Assembly (NCBI RefSeq): GCF_000196355.1
Contig: NC_007614.1
Location: 1,440,001 to 1,472,000 of the forward strand
From: Nitrosospira multiformis ATCC 25196
GTDB lineage: Bacteria; Pseudomonadota; Gammaproteobacteria; Burkholderiales; Nitrosomonadaceae
Direction: 5' to 3'
DNA length: 32,000 nt
The translations under genes were made by a program, and so were the position numbers. This document shows, piece by piece, positions 8,040 through 16,684 of the stretch; within the stretch, counting starts at the first letter, position 1; each line of letters opens with the position of its first letter. The notes under the pieces are model-generated. The model was given only the letters and a program-made list of their open reading frames with translations, ran no database searches and was not told the DNA's origin.

Positions 8040-8666
8040 TCAAGCGCTTTTTTTACTGTTCCTGCCTTTCACCATGACACCCATCAACCCGAGCCCTGCA
8101 AGCAGCATGGCATAGGTTTCCGGTTCAGGAACTGGGGGAACCTGACCAATGGTGGGAGCCTGAGTGATTGTAAAGGTCATCGTATTGCCCTGACCCGGAT
8201 CGAAGGGGCTGATCATGAAGCCTGCCGTAACAGCAGGGTCTCCGCTTGCCAGGCTTCCGCTAAAGTCAAGATTACGCGGTCCGCTCGACTGGTCAAGAGA
8301 GAAGCCCGAAAGTACCGAGTTGTTGTGCTGGGTGAACACGACTCCATTGCCCCGATCAGGTTCTCCGATCGTGTAGTGAAAGTCGGTCCAAAGTTGGCTG
8401 GAGCTATTGATGACCGCTTCTTTCACCGTGTAGGGATTACCCGGGCCTGTGCTATGTTCGACAGTAAACGTCAGGACAATTGGATCAACGCTATTGAAGA
8501 CTTTGGTCAGATCCAGTACTCGATTGGTATCATCTATCGTGTAGTTAAATGACCCCAGACCGTCACCGCTTGCTGTTATATTGGTAATGACGCCTGCGGC
8601 CGATGCAGCGGAAATGGAACCTCCGAATGTTAAAGCAGCTATCGCTATCTTGGAAAAATTATTCAT
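8040..8666 (-). CDS. PEP-CTERM sorting domain-containing secreted protein (hypothetical)
   Basis: 208 aa with signal peptide MNNFSKIAIAALTFGGSISAASA. The C-terminus VPPVPEPETYAMLLAGLGLMGVMVKGRNSKKSA is a canonical PEP-CTERM exosortase recognition signal. Confidence 0.85.
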   Translation of the reverse strand: MNNFSKIAIAALTFGGSISAASAAGVITNITASGDGLGSFNYTIDDTNRVLDLTKVFNSVDPIVLTFTVEHSTGPGNPYTVKEAVINSSSQLWTDFHYTIGEPDRGNGVVFTQHNNSVLSGFSLDQSSGPRNLDFSGSLASGDPAVTAGFMISPFDPGQGNTMTFTITQAPTIGQVPPVPEPETYAMLLAGLGLMGVMVKGRNSKKSA

Positions 8667-8779
8667 TTGATCTCCTTATTATCACTGCGTTTATTAAAAG
8701 TTGCGTTCGAGCCGCTATAGGCTTTGCCTGTTTTCCATGTCTTTCAAGTCTGAAAACACACTATAGCTTTATTATTTCA

Positions 8780-8795
8780 AGCAAAATCTGTGCCA
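8780..8795 (-). promoter_or_regulatory. Sigma-54 (-24/-12) promoter upstream of PEP-CTERM gene 8040..8666
   Basis: The reverse strand reads TGGCAC-AGATT-TTGCT, an exact match to the core consensus TGGCAC-N5-TTGCW. It lies about 115 nt upstream of the ATG at 8666. Confidence 0.55.
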
Positions 8796-9611
8796 TTTAT
8801 TGTTTTTTCGCGAAAACATTAGCTTACGCGGCTAACCCTGCTTTTCAAGGGCGAGAATGTAATAAATTTCGACAAATAGCGGGTATATTTGGCCATGTCG
8901 CGGGCACAGCAGAAAGAACAAACCGCGGTCTTCCTTCAAAATCTCATATTTACCGTGCCATAAAACCGATGCGGAGATAGACTGCAAACAGGAAATGGAG
9001 CGGATACATCGCTTCATGCCTATTCCCACGGTTTCGCAGGAGGGCTCCGTTCAGGGACTTCAGATCGGTAAAGTCACATAGGTATTCAAAATTACCGGTG
9101 TTATTCTGCCTTTTAATAGAGATAGTAGACGGGTCGTTGTTGCCCCATTCCTTCGTCTATCCCTTATCAAACCTTGATCAGCTTATTGCTTTTCCTTCCT
9201 TGTCAAAATAAAATAGAAACAATTCTTATTTAATGAGATCATAAAAATTATTTCAAATTCTCATTTCCTACTGTCCGTTCCGCATTTTCAGAATGAGCCG
9301 TAAGGCATTGTCGTTACAAGGAATGTGTTTGCAGCAGCTCACGTAAAGTGAGATCAGAAATAATTCCCGATAATCGTTGAAAGAAGAATCTTCCTAACCA
9401 TCCCGCCGGGATGAACGCTGCGCGTGGACGCAGCTTTTTAGCCAGCCAGCTCTTCCGGGGCAAGCCAGCCAGTTTTATGTTTGTTTATCCGTTTTGCCGG
9501 AGAGTACAGGCTGTGAGTAATAAAAATATACAAGACACCGATTTCATGAACACTTCATCGCTTGTTTCAAATGGAGCAGGTGAGAGCGGTGGTATCGGAG
9601 TGTTGAACTGC

Positions 9612-12086
9612 ATGACTTCCCTTGAAAATGACAAACCCGTTCAAAAGAATGGGGAGAGGGCAGAATGCGGTTTTCGTCCACCTCCTCTTATCGGCGCCGT
9701 GCGTGGGGCCCTGATCGGGCTGGGGCTGGCCTCGCTGGTTCTGCCCCAGATGGCGATAGCAGAGTCAGACATTGCCGCCCACGCTTCCGCTATCACCTAC
9801 AGTATTCCTGCGGGTGCAATGGCAGATGCGCTCAACCGTTTTGCGCAACAGGCGGGGGCCAGCATTTCTTTTGATGCGGCTGATGTGAAAGACGTCACCA
9901 CAAAAGGACTGAACGGGAGATTTTCGGTTCAGGAGGGGTTGGAGCATCTTTTGGCTGGTAGCGGCTTGCAGGGAGTGCGGCAGGGAGAAGGCTACCTTGT
10001 AAGGAAGCAGCCAGAGGGAATGAGCGAGCAACCGACGGTACTGCCTCCTATCAGGGTGACTGCAAGTGCTGTAACCGAGCCGACGGACGGTTACATGGCG
10101 ACCAAGAGTTTCAGCGCAACCAGGACAGATACGCCATTGCGCGATGTGCCCCAGTCCATAACCGTCATGACCCAGGATATGATCCAGGATCAGACTATGC
10201 AGAGCATTACCGATGTAGTGCGCTACGTACCAGGTGTCGTGCCCTCCCAAGGGGAAGGCAATCGTGATGCGGTGATTTTCCGCGGCAACAATACGACCGG
10301 GGATTTTTATGTCGATGGCCTGCGCGATGACGTCCAGTATTTCCGCGATCTCTACAATATCGACCGGGTTGAAGTTCTGAAGGGTTCCAACGGAATGATT
10401 TTTGGCCGCGGCGGCGCAGGAGGTGTAATCAATCGCGTGACCAAGGAAGCCGGTTGGACGCCGGTGCGGGAGATCGCGGCTCAATACGGGTCTTTCAGCC
10501 ACAAGCGCATTGCTGTCGATCTGGGCCAACCCATCAATGATGTTGCGGCTGTTCGCCTCAACGCCATGTACGAGCATTCGAACAGTTTTCGCAATGACGT
10601 CGATCTGGAGCGCGGCGGCGTCAATCCCACGTTCACGTTCAAACCGACTGCGCAAACCAAAGTTGTTTTCAGCGGGGAATACTTTTTTGACCGCCGTACG
10701 GCGGACCGGGGCATTCCTTCATTTGGGACGCGATCAGGAGTCGTGGATTCCGGCCGTCCGGCTGATACTCACCGATCCACGTTCTTTGGTAATGCCGCCA
10801 ACAGCCCGACGCACGTCGACGCTTGGTCGCTGAATTCGCTGATCGAGCATACCTTTGACAACGAGGTCAAGATACGCAACCGCACCCGCTATGCCAGTTA
10901 CGACAAGTTCTATCAGAACATATATGCCAACGGTGTTGCCACGGCTGAGGATGCGACCGGCACGGTAGCGATTTCAGCCTATAACAACGCTACCCAGCGG
11001 GAGAACCTTTTTACCCAGACCGACCTGCTGTTCAAGCTGAACACCTGGGGCGTAAATCATGAATTCATGACGGGCGTGGAATATGGCCGCCAGATTTCGG
11101 ATAATTTCCGCAACACCGGGTTTTTCAACAACAGCACCACAAGTGTGAACGTGCCTTTCTTCAACCCCACCGCGTTTGCGCCGGTTACCTTCAGGCAAAA
11201 CGCCACGGATGCAGATAATCATGGTGTGGTGGAAGTGGTCGGCGTCTATGTTCAGGATCAGATTACCCTGCTTCCCCAAGTGAAGGCCGTTCTCGGCCTG
11301 CGCTACGATAATTTCGACGCCAATTTCGTGAACAATCGCAATGGTGAGCGGTTTCACACCAATGACGGACTGCTTTCTCCCAGGGTGGGCTTGATCTACA
11401 AGCCGATCGAGCCGGTTTCCATCTACGGCAACTACAGCCTTGCCTATGTGCCGCGGGCGGGTGACCAGTTGAGTTCTCTCAATCTGAGTAACGCCGCGCT
11501 TAAGCCTGAGCAATTCATGAACCTGGAGTTGGGCGCCAAATGGGATATTCGGCCCGATCTTTCCTTTACCGCAGCCATGTATCAGCTCGAGCGCAGCAAT
11601 GTCCTCGCTCCCGTTCCAAACGATCCCACAAGGTCGATGTTGGTTGATGGACAACGGGCGCGTGGGGCAGAGGTAGGACTGATGGGTCGGATCACTCCAC
11701 AGTGGAGCATGATGGGAGGATACGCCTATACCGATGCGGAAATTACACGGACTATAACGGGTGCGAGAGCAGGGGCCGTAGTGGCCCAGGTTCCGAAGCA
11801 TACTGTTTCCATGTGGAACCGCTATGATTTCACGCCTTTCCTCGGGCTTGGATTGGGTGTGATTCACCGAAGCAGCATGTACGCCGCGCTCGACAACACG
11901 GTGCTGCTGCCAGGCTTTACGCGTATGGATGCAGCGATGTTCGTGCGGCTCAACAAGGTTATCCGCGTCCAGGCAAATATCGAGAATCTGGCCAATATCG
12001 ACTATATCGCCTCCGCGAATAACAATAACAACATCCTGCCCGGGGCGCCGCGTATTTATCGCCTGACGGTGGTTGCCAATTTTTAG
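9612..12086 (+). CDS. TonB-dependent outer-membrane receptor, transducer type (N-terminal STN signalling domain; siderophore-receptor-like)
   Basis: The track ORF is 9411..12086; in-frame ATGs at 9546 or 9612 are more plausible, with GGAG upstream of 9612. The signal peptide ends ...LVLPQMAIA. It has an STN domain (YSIPAGAMADALNRFAQQAGASISFDAADV...GLNGRFSVQEGLEHLLAGSGL), a plug (DVPQSITVMTQDMIQDQ ... NRDAVIFRG), a beta-barrel and a terminal ...RLTVVANF. Confidence 0.9.
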   Translation: MTSLENDKPVQKNGERAECGFRPPPLIGAVRGALIGLGLASLVLPQMAIAESDIAAHASAITYSIPAGAMADALNRFAQQAGASISFDAADVKDVTTKGLNGRFSVQEGLEHLLAGSGLQGVRQGEGYLVRKQPEGMSEQPTVLPPIRVTASAVTEPTDGYMATKSFSATRTDTPLRDVPQSITVMTQDMIQDQTMQSITDVVRYVPGVVPSQGEGNRDAVIFRGNNTTGDFYVDGLRDDVQYFRDLYNIDRVEVLKGSNGMIFGRGGAGGVINRVTKEAGWTPVREIAAQYGSFSHKRIAVDLGQPINDVAAVRLNAMYEHSNSFRNDVDLERGGVNPTFTFKPTAQTKVVFSGEYFFDRRTADRGIPSFGTRSGVVDSGRPADTHRSTFFGNAANSPTHVDAWSLNSLIEHTFDNEVKIRNRTRYASYDKFYQNIYANGVATAEDATGTVAISAYNNATQRENLFTQTDLLFKLNTWGVNHEFMTGVEYGRQISDNFRNTGFFNNSTTSVNVPFFNPTAFAPVTFRQNATDADNHGVVEVVGVYVQDQITLLPQVKAVLGLRYDNFDANFVNNRNGERFHTNDGLLSPRVGLIYKPIEPVSIYGNYSLAYVPRAGDQLSSLNLSNAALKPEQFMNLELGAKWDIRPDLSFTAAMYQLERSNVLAPVPNDPTRSMLVDGQRARGAEVGLMGRITPQWSMMGGYAYTDAEITRTITGARAGAVVAQVPKHTVSMWNRYDFTPFLGLGLGVIHRSSMYAALDNTVLLPGFTRMDAAMFVRLNKVIRVQANIENLANIDYIASANNNNNILPGAPRIYRLTVVANF

Positions 12087-12357
12087 ACTCCTAAGCTCGA
12101 CCCAATATTCCTCTTCCCTCCTCCTCCCACTGTGGGGGAGGGGCGGGAAGAGAGGGAATGGCAGCCTGAATGGTGAGGATAGGATGGAGGCGTTCAGATC
12201 CAGGATGCAGCCGCTATCCGGGTTACCAGGCATGAAACTGTTTGACGGTGGCATCCTATTTCTCCCTCTCCCATGTTTCCTCTCCGTAGCGGGAAGGGAG
12301 TAAAGCAAAAGGATCAGAAGGGAGGAGAGGTAAAAAATAGGCCTCGGCCGAAAAAAT

Positions 12358-13167
12358 TCAAGTTCCGCTGCCAGCACTTCGGCGGCGCACGATCATACTC
12401 ATCAGTCCCAGCCCCGCAAGCATCAAGGCGTAGGACTCCGGCTCCGGTATCATGCTGCTCGGACTTCCGAGGGATGCGCTAGTATTGAAGCTGAGCGACC
12501 CACTGCCGGGGCCGGCGGCAAAGATGCCGAAAACGAGGTTTCCTGATTTTGAGTCGGGCGATTCCCCATAGTAGGAGCCCAGGGAAAAAGAGGCATTCGA
12601 GTATGAATTGGAACTTCCATTGTCTTCATGGCCATAAAAATTTGCGGAAGCGCTGACCGAGGCCGAGGAGGAGCCATAATAGTTATATTGCTCTCCCCCA
12701 GTTATGTCTAATGTATAGGGGATGGTTATGGTAAGTACCCCAGGCCCGTCGAAAGTGAAGCGTTCCGTCCGATACCCGGAGGCTGAGGCGCTGGGGGTAT
12801 CCCAGTAGTAAGAAGAACCTTCACCGAAGGATTGAGCACTGGCCGAGAAGGCTGAAGCGGAGGCGGAAGCAGAGGAATAGGTGCTGGTAGTGGCCTCCGC
12901 ATTTGCGGCTAAAGTGGATGTCCAGTCGTAGATCGACCTTGTATTGTATTCACTTCCCTCACCCGGAACGTATGCGGATGAACTTAAGCTGGTGGATTCA
13001 TTGGAGAAAGTTACGGTAGGTATGTTTCCATCCACGCCCGTCACCGAAACCTGGAGCCGGCTCCAGTCGAGCGAAGCGCTGGCTGTTCCATCAGCGTAAG
13101 CTGACTGACCGAATATGAAGCCTGCACAGCAACCCATTAATGTCAAACTGCGTTTAATCGAGCTCAT
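12358..13167 (-). CDS. PEP-CTERM sorting domain-containing secreted protein, Ser/Ala/Tyr/Gly-rich low-complexity body
   Basis: The ATG at 13167 is preceded by a GGGGGG SD (the track starts 18 nt earlier). Signal peptide MSSIKRSLTLMGCCAGFIFGQSAYA. The body has repeated SASASA / YYGSSSASVSASANFYG-like stretches. The C-terminus is MIPEPESYALMLAGLGLMSMIVRRRSAGSGT. Confidence 0.85.
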   Translation of the reverse strand: MSSIKRSLTLMGCCAGFIFGQSAYADGTASASLDWSRLQVSVTGVDGNIPTVTFSNESTSLSSSAYVPGEGSEYNTRSIYDWTSTLAANAEATTSTYSSASASASAFSASAQSFGEGSSYYWDTPSASASGYRTERFTFDGPGVLTITIPYTLDITGGEQYNYYGSSSASVSASANFYGHEDNGSSNSYSNASFSLGSYYGESPDSKSGNLVFGIFAAGPGSGSLSFNTSASLGSPSSMIPEPESYALMLAGLGLMSMIVRRRSAGSGT

Positions 13168-13464
13168 GATAACCCCCCTGAACATGAAGAGACAGATGCG
13201 TCTGCATCTGCTTCAGCCGAATAGCTGAAGCAAGACTATAAGGGGGAGATTCCCGGTTTTTCCGTACACTCCTGAACTGACAAGAAGGCTAAATAGGCGT
13301 ACGCTGGGAGCCGCGTCTTTTGGGCTTTTACCATCCTTTATTGCAAAAGACGAAGCGCCTGTTCAGAGTGTGCTCATTCCTGAGCTTGAGCAAAGGCTCA
13401 GGCGGCCGCGATGGTCAAGACAGGTGGATGGGTTGCCGCAGGTACTTGGCTTGAGGAAAACGCA

Positions 13465-13665
13465 CTAACAGCATCGTGTCACTTTGCCATTGCCGCCATA
13501 CCTTGCTTCCTGGCGCTCACGGAAAAATTCCTCGTATGTCATGACGGGCCGGTCCGGATGAGCGCGGTGCATGTGTGCGACGTAAGTGCTGTATTCGGGC
13601 ATGCCTACCATCAGCCGCATGCCCTGCCCGAGATAACGCAATCCACTCGCAATTCTGGTTAACAT
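13465..13665 (-). CDS. YbdD/YjiX-family small protein (DUF466), CstA-associated
   Basis: MLTRIASGLRYLGQGMRLMVGMPEYSTYVAHMHRAHPDRPVMTYEEFFRERQEARYGGNGKVTRCC matches the conserved YbdD pattern (LGQ..LM.G.P.Y..YV.HM...HP....MTYEEFFRERQ.ARYGG....RCC). A strong GAGGAGGAG SD precedes the ATG at 13665. The track ORF extends to a GTG at 13719. Confidence 0.85.
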   Translation of the reverse strand: MLTRIASGLRYLGQGMRLMVGMPEYSTYVAHMHRAHPDRPVMTYEEFFRERQEARYGGNGKVTRCC

Positions 13666-13715
13666 CGTTTGCTCCTCCTCGATAATTTTCCCGAAATCAC
13701 CTTCACGTTCTGTCA

Positions 13716-15788
13716 TCACGTCCTTGGCACGGCTTCAACCGGCAATAACTCGCATGGCGTTTCCCTGGCGGTGGGAGTGCCGAGCGCGCGGGCTCGCAAT
13801 ACCGTGCGGATGCCGAAAGCCAGCATGCTGATGAGTACCAGCATGAACAATGCCGCCAGCGACGCGTTGATGTAATCGTTGAAAATCACCTGCTGCATCT
13901 GGCCGATGGATTTGGCCGGCGCAAGCACCGTGCCTTCCGTGACGGCTTCCCTGTATTTGTTTGCATGCGCCAGAAAACCGATGCGTGGATTGGCATCGAA
14001 TATCTTCTGCCAGGCTGCGGTCAGAGTGCAGACAAAAACCCAGATGGCGGGGAGAATTGTCACCCACGCGAAACGATCTTGCTTCATCTTGAACAGGACA
14101 CAACTGCACAATACCAGGGCAATGCCCGCCAGCATCTGGTTGGAGATGCCAAATAGCGGCCACAGGGTATTGATGCCACCCAGAGGATCGACCACTCCCT
14201 GATAGAGAAAGTAACCCCAACCCGCGACACAGACGGAAGTGGCAATCAGATTGGCGGTTATGGAATCGGTACGCTTCATGAAAGGAATGAATGAGCCCAG
14301 CAGATCCTGCAACATGAAGCGTCCGGCGCGGGTACCCGCATCGACCGCGGTGAGGATGAAAAGCGCCTCGAACAGAATGGCGAAGTGGTACCAGAAGGCC
14401 ATCATCGCCTGCCCGCCCAGCACATCGGAGAGAATTTGCGCCATACCCACTGCCAGGGTGGGCGCGCCGCCGGTGCGGGAAATGACAGTATGCTCCCCCA
14501 CATCCCGTGCCGTTTGCGTAATCATTTCGGGCGTAACATGGAAACCCCATTGAGATATGGTTTGGGCTGCCGATTCCGCGGTGGTTCCGATGATTGCTGC
14601 CGGGCTGTTCATGGCGAAGTAAACCCCGGGCTCGATGGTGGAGGCGGCGACCAACGCCATGATGGCGACGAATGATTCCATCAGCATGGCGCCATAACCA
14701 ATGAAGCGGGCATCGCGCTCATTGCGGATCATCTTGGGTGTGGTCCCGGAGGATATGAGGGAATGAAAGCCGGATATCGCTCCACACGCTACCGTAATGA
14801 ACAGGAAGGGAAACAGACTGCCTGACCAGACCGGTCCCGAGCCATCCACGAACTGGGTCAATGCCGGCATCTTCAGTTCCGGGGAAATGATGAGGACGCC
14901 GATTGCCAAGCTGACTACGGTACCGATTTTGAGGAATGTCGAGAGATAATCACGCGGTGCCAGCAACAGCCATACCGGCATCACGGAGGCAATGAATCCG
15001 TAGCCGATCAGGAGCCACGTGAGTTGCTCGCCTGTCAGCGTGAACAGCGCGGCGAGGGAGGGAATCTCCTGCACGTACTGGCCGCCGACAATCGAAAGTA
15101 TCAACAGCGCAAAGCCGATCAGCGATACTTCGCCAATGGAACCGGGGCGTATGTAGCGTGCATAAACCCCCATGAAGAGCGCAATGGGAATGGTGGCGGC
15201 GACAGTAAAGGTTCCCCAGGGCGACTCCGCCAGCGCCTTGACCACGATCAGGGCGAGCACCGCAAGGAGGACCAGCATGATGAAAAATGTGCCGAAGAGA
15301 GCGATCATGCCCGGCAACTGCCCCATCTCGGACTTGATGAGATCCCCGAGCGAGCGGCCATCGCGCCGGGTGGAAATGAACAGTACGATGAAGTCCTGCA
15401 CTGCGCCGGCGAGCACGACCCCCGCGAGGAGCCAGAGCATGCTGGGCAGATAGCCCATCTGCGCCGCCAATATTGGTCCGACCAGAGGACCGGCTCCGGC
15501 AATGGCGGCGAAATGATGGCCGAACAGCACGTATTTGTTGGTTGGCACATAATCCAGCCCGTCGTTGTGCTTGTAGGCCGGTGTCATGCGGGTGGGGTTG
15601 AGCCCGAGCACTTTGCTGGCAATGAACCGGCTGTAGAAGCGGTAGCCGATGGTAAAGACACAGACGGTTGCAACAACGATCCAGAGGGCGCCGACCGGTT
15701 CGCCACGATTCAGGGCGACGACTGCCAATGCGAACGCACCGGTGGCGGCAAATGCAAACCAGCCGAATTTGCGGATAAAAGTATTCAT
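13716..15788 (-). CDS. cstA: Carbon starvation protein A (CstA; peptide/pyruvate transporter family)
   Basis: About 690 aa and polytopic, with a CstA-like sequence throughout (MNTFIRKFGWFAFA..., HFAAIAGAGPLVGPILAAQMGYLP, ISGFHSLISSGTTPKM). I place the start at the ATG at 15788 rather than the track start at 15845. Confidence 0.92.
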   Translation of the reverse strand: MNTFIRKFGWFAFAATGAFALAVVALNRGEPVGALWIVVATVCVFTIGYRFYSRFIASKVLGLNPTRMTPAYKHNDGLDYVPTNKYVLFGHHFAAIAGAGPLVGPILAAQMGYLPSMLWLLAGVVLAGAVQDFIVLFISTRRDGRSLGDLIKSEMGQLPGMIALFGTFFIMLVLLAVLALIVVKALAESPWGTFTVAATIPIALFMGVYARYIRPGSIGEVSLIGFALLILSIVGGQYVQEIPSLAALFTLTGEQLTWLLIGYGFIASVMPVWLLLAPRDYLSTFLKIGTVVSLAIGVLIISPELKMPALTQFVDGSGPVWSGSLFPFLFITVACGAISGFHSLISSGTTPKMIRNERDARFIGYGAMLMESFVAIMALVAASTIEPGVYFAMNSPAAIIGTTAESAAQTISQWGFHVTPEMITQTARDVGEHTVISRTGGAPTLAVGMAQILSDVLGGQAMMAFWYHFAILFEALFILTAVDAGTRAGRFMLQDLLGSFIPFMKRTDSITANLIATSVCVAGWGYFLYQGVVDPLGGINTLWPLFGISNQMLAGIALVLCSCVLFKMKQDRFAWVTILPAIWVFVCTLTAAWQKIFDANPRIGFLAHANKYREAVTEGTVLAPAKSIGQMQQVIFNDYINASLAALFMLVLISMLAFGIRTVLRARALGTPTARETPCELLPVEAVPRT

Positions 15789-15921
15789 TTTTTCCCGATT
15801 TCCGAATCCTGAGTGAAGAAATTGAAGCTGATACGCGCCAGGCACTCCCGAGATCGCGATCTGCTCGAAGAATGAGGTTTACGCGCAGGTTGGAACTCTA
15901 TCCTGAAATGGCCATAGGAAA

Positions 15922-16503
15922 CTAAACAATATCGGGCTGGCGGAATGGACGACTCAGAAAAGGGGAACCGGCAAGTCCGAAGCGCCAGGGAACATCCTTT
16001 GCTTTGGAAATCCCTATACGAGGGCCTGTTACAACTGGAACAGGATCAAGGGGAGGGGTAAGCTGAAACGGAGGAGTATCAATGGACATTCCGCTATACT
16101 CCTGCGTGATGCCCAGCGCCTCGCATACCCGGCCAGGGCCGGAACAGAGAAGTCTCTCATCGCTCAACCCTCGCCGCTTACGCATGATATCCAGGCCGAC
16201 AAGCGGTTCGATCGCCCGAATCAATACGCCAGCTCCATGTCCTGCCGGCCGGCAGACAAAATTCAGGCACCAGTGAATGCCGTACGAGCGATAGATATAG
16301 GCATGGCAGGGAGGCCCGAACATCACCTGGTTACGCCTGGTGGGGCCCGAAAAGCTGTGCGAGGCGGGATCATCGTGGTCATATGCTTCTGTCTCTACGA
16401 TCCGCCCGCCAACTCCGTTTACAAGCAAGGTGGCGCCTATGAGGGAGCGCGCAACGTCAACGGAAGAAGCTGAAAAATCGATAGATGGCTGACTCATGCT
16501 CAT
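15922..16503 (-). CDS. mpg: DNA-3-methyladenine glycosylase (AAG/Mpg family)
   Basis: 193 aa. ARSLIGATLL...GRIVETEAYDHDDPASHSFSGPTRRNQVMFGPPCHAYIYRSYGIHWCLNFV...VLIRAIEP...LCSGPGRVCEALGI is the hallmark of the Mpg family. Confidence 0.9.
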   Translation of the reverse strand: MSMSQPSIDFSASSVDVARSLIGATLLVNGVGGRIVETEAYDHDDPASHSFSGPTRRNQVMFGPPCHAYIYRSYGIHWCLNFVCRPAGHGAGVLIRAIEPLVGLDIMRKRRGLSDERLLCSGPGRVCEALGITQEYSGMSIDTPPFQLTPPLDPVPVVTGPRIGISKAKDVPWRFGLAGSPFLSRPFRQPDIV

Positions 16504-16684
16504 GGCGCAGATTTTATACAGAGCGCCTCAAAAAACCAACTGCTGCACCGTGCAGTGACTTGCTATGCCGGGCTTTACCCTATATGGTTTTTATTGCTTC
16601 ATTCCGCTGCTTCATTCAATAAGCAGATAGGATATTTATCCTGCCGGTTTTCGGTGGGTCTTTTGAAGGTTAAACTTGAACTGA

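Noticed and set aside
9180-9400. Fur box upstream of the TonB-dependent receptor
   Set aside because: The best alignment I could make to GATAATGATAATCATTATC matched only about 10 of 19 positions. The AT-richness alone is not evidence, and a PWM scan is needed.
10974-12377. 467-aa ORF antisense to the TonB receptor gene; also the 296-aa antisense ORF at 9765..10655
   Set aside because: The composition is dominated by Arg/Gly/His/Pro, with no recognisable motifs. Both lie fully opposite a gene whose family identity is strong. This is the typical stop-codon-poor antisense frame of GC-rich coding DNA.
13735-15812. 271-aa alternative-frame ORF (13735..14550, -) and 262-aa antisense ORF (15024..15812, +) within cstA
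   Set aside because: CstA is identified along its full length in another frame. These shadow ORFs have no motifs and skewed composition.
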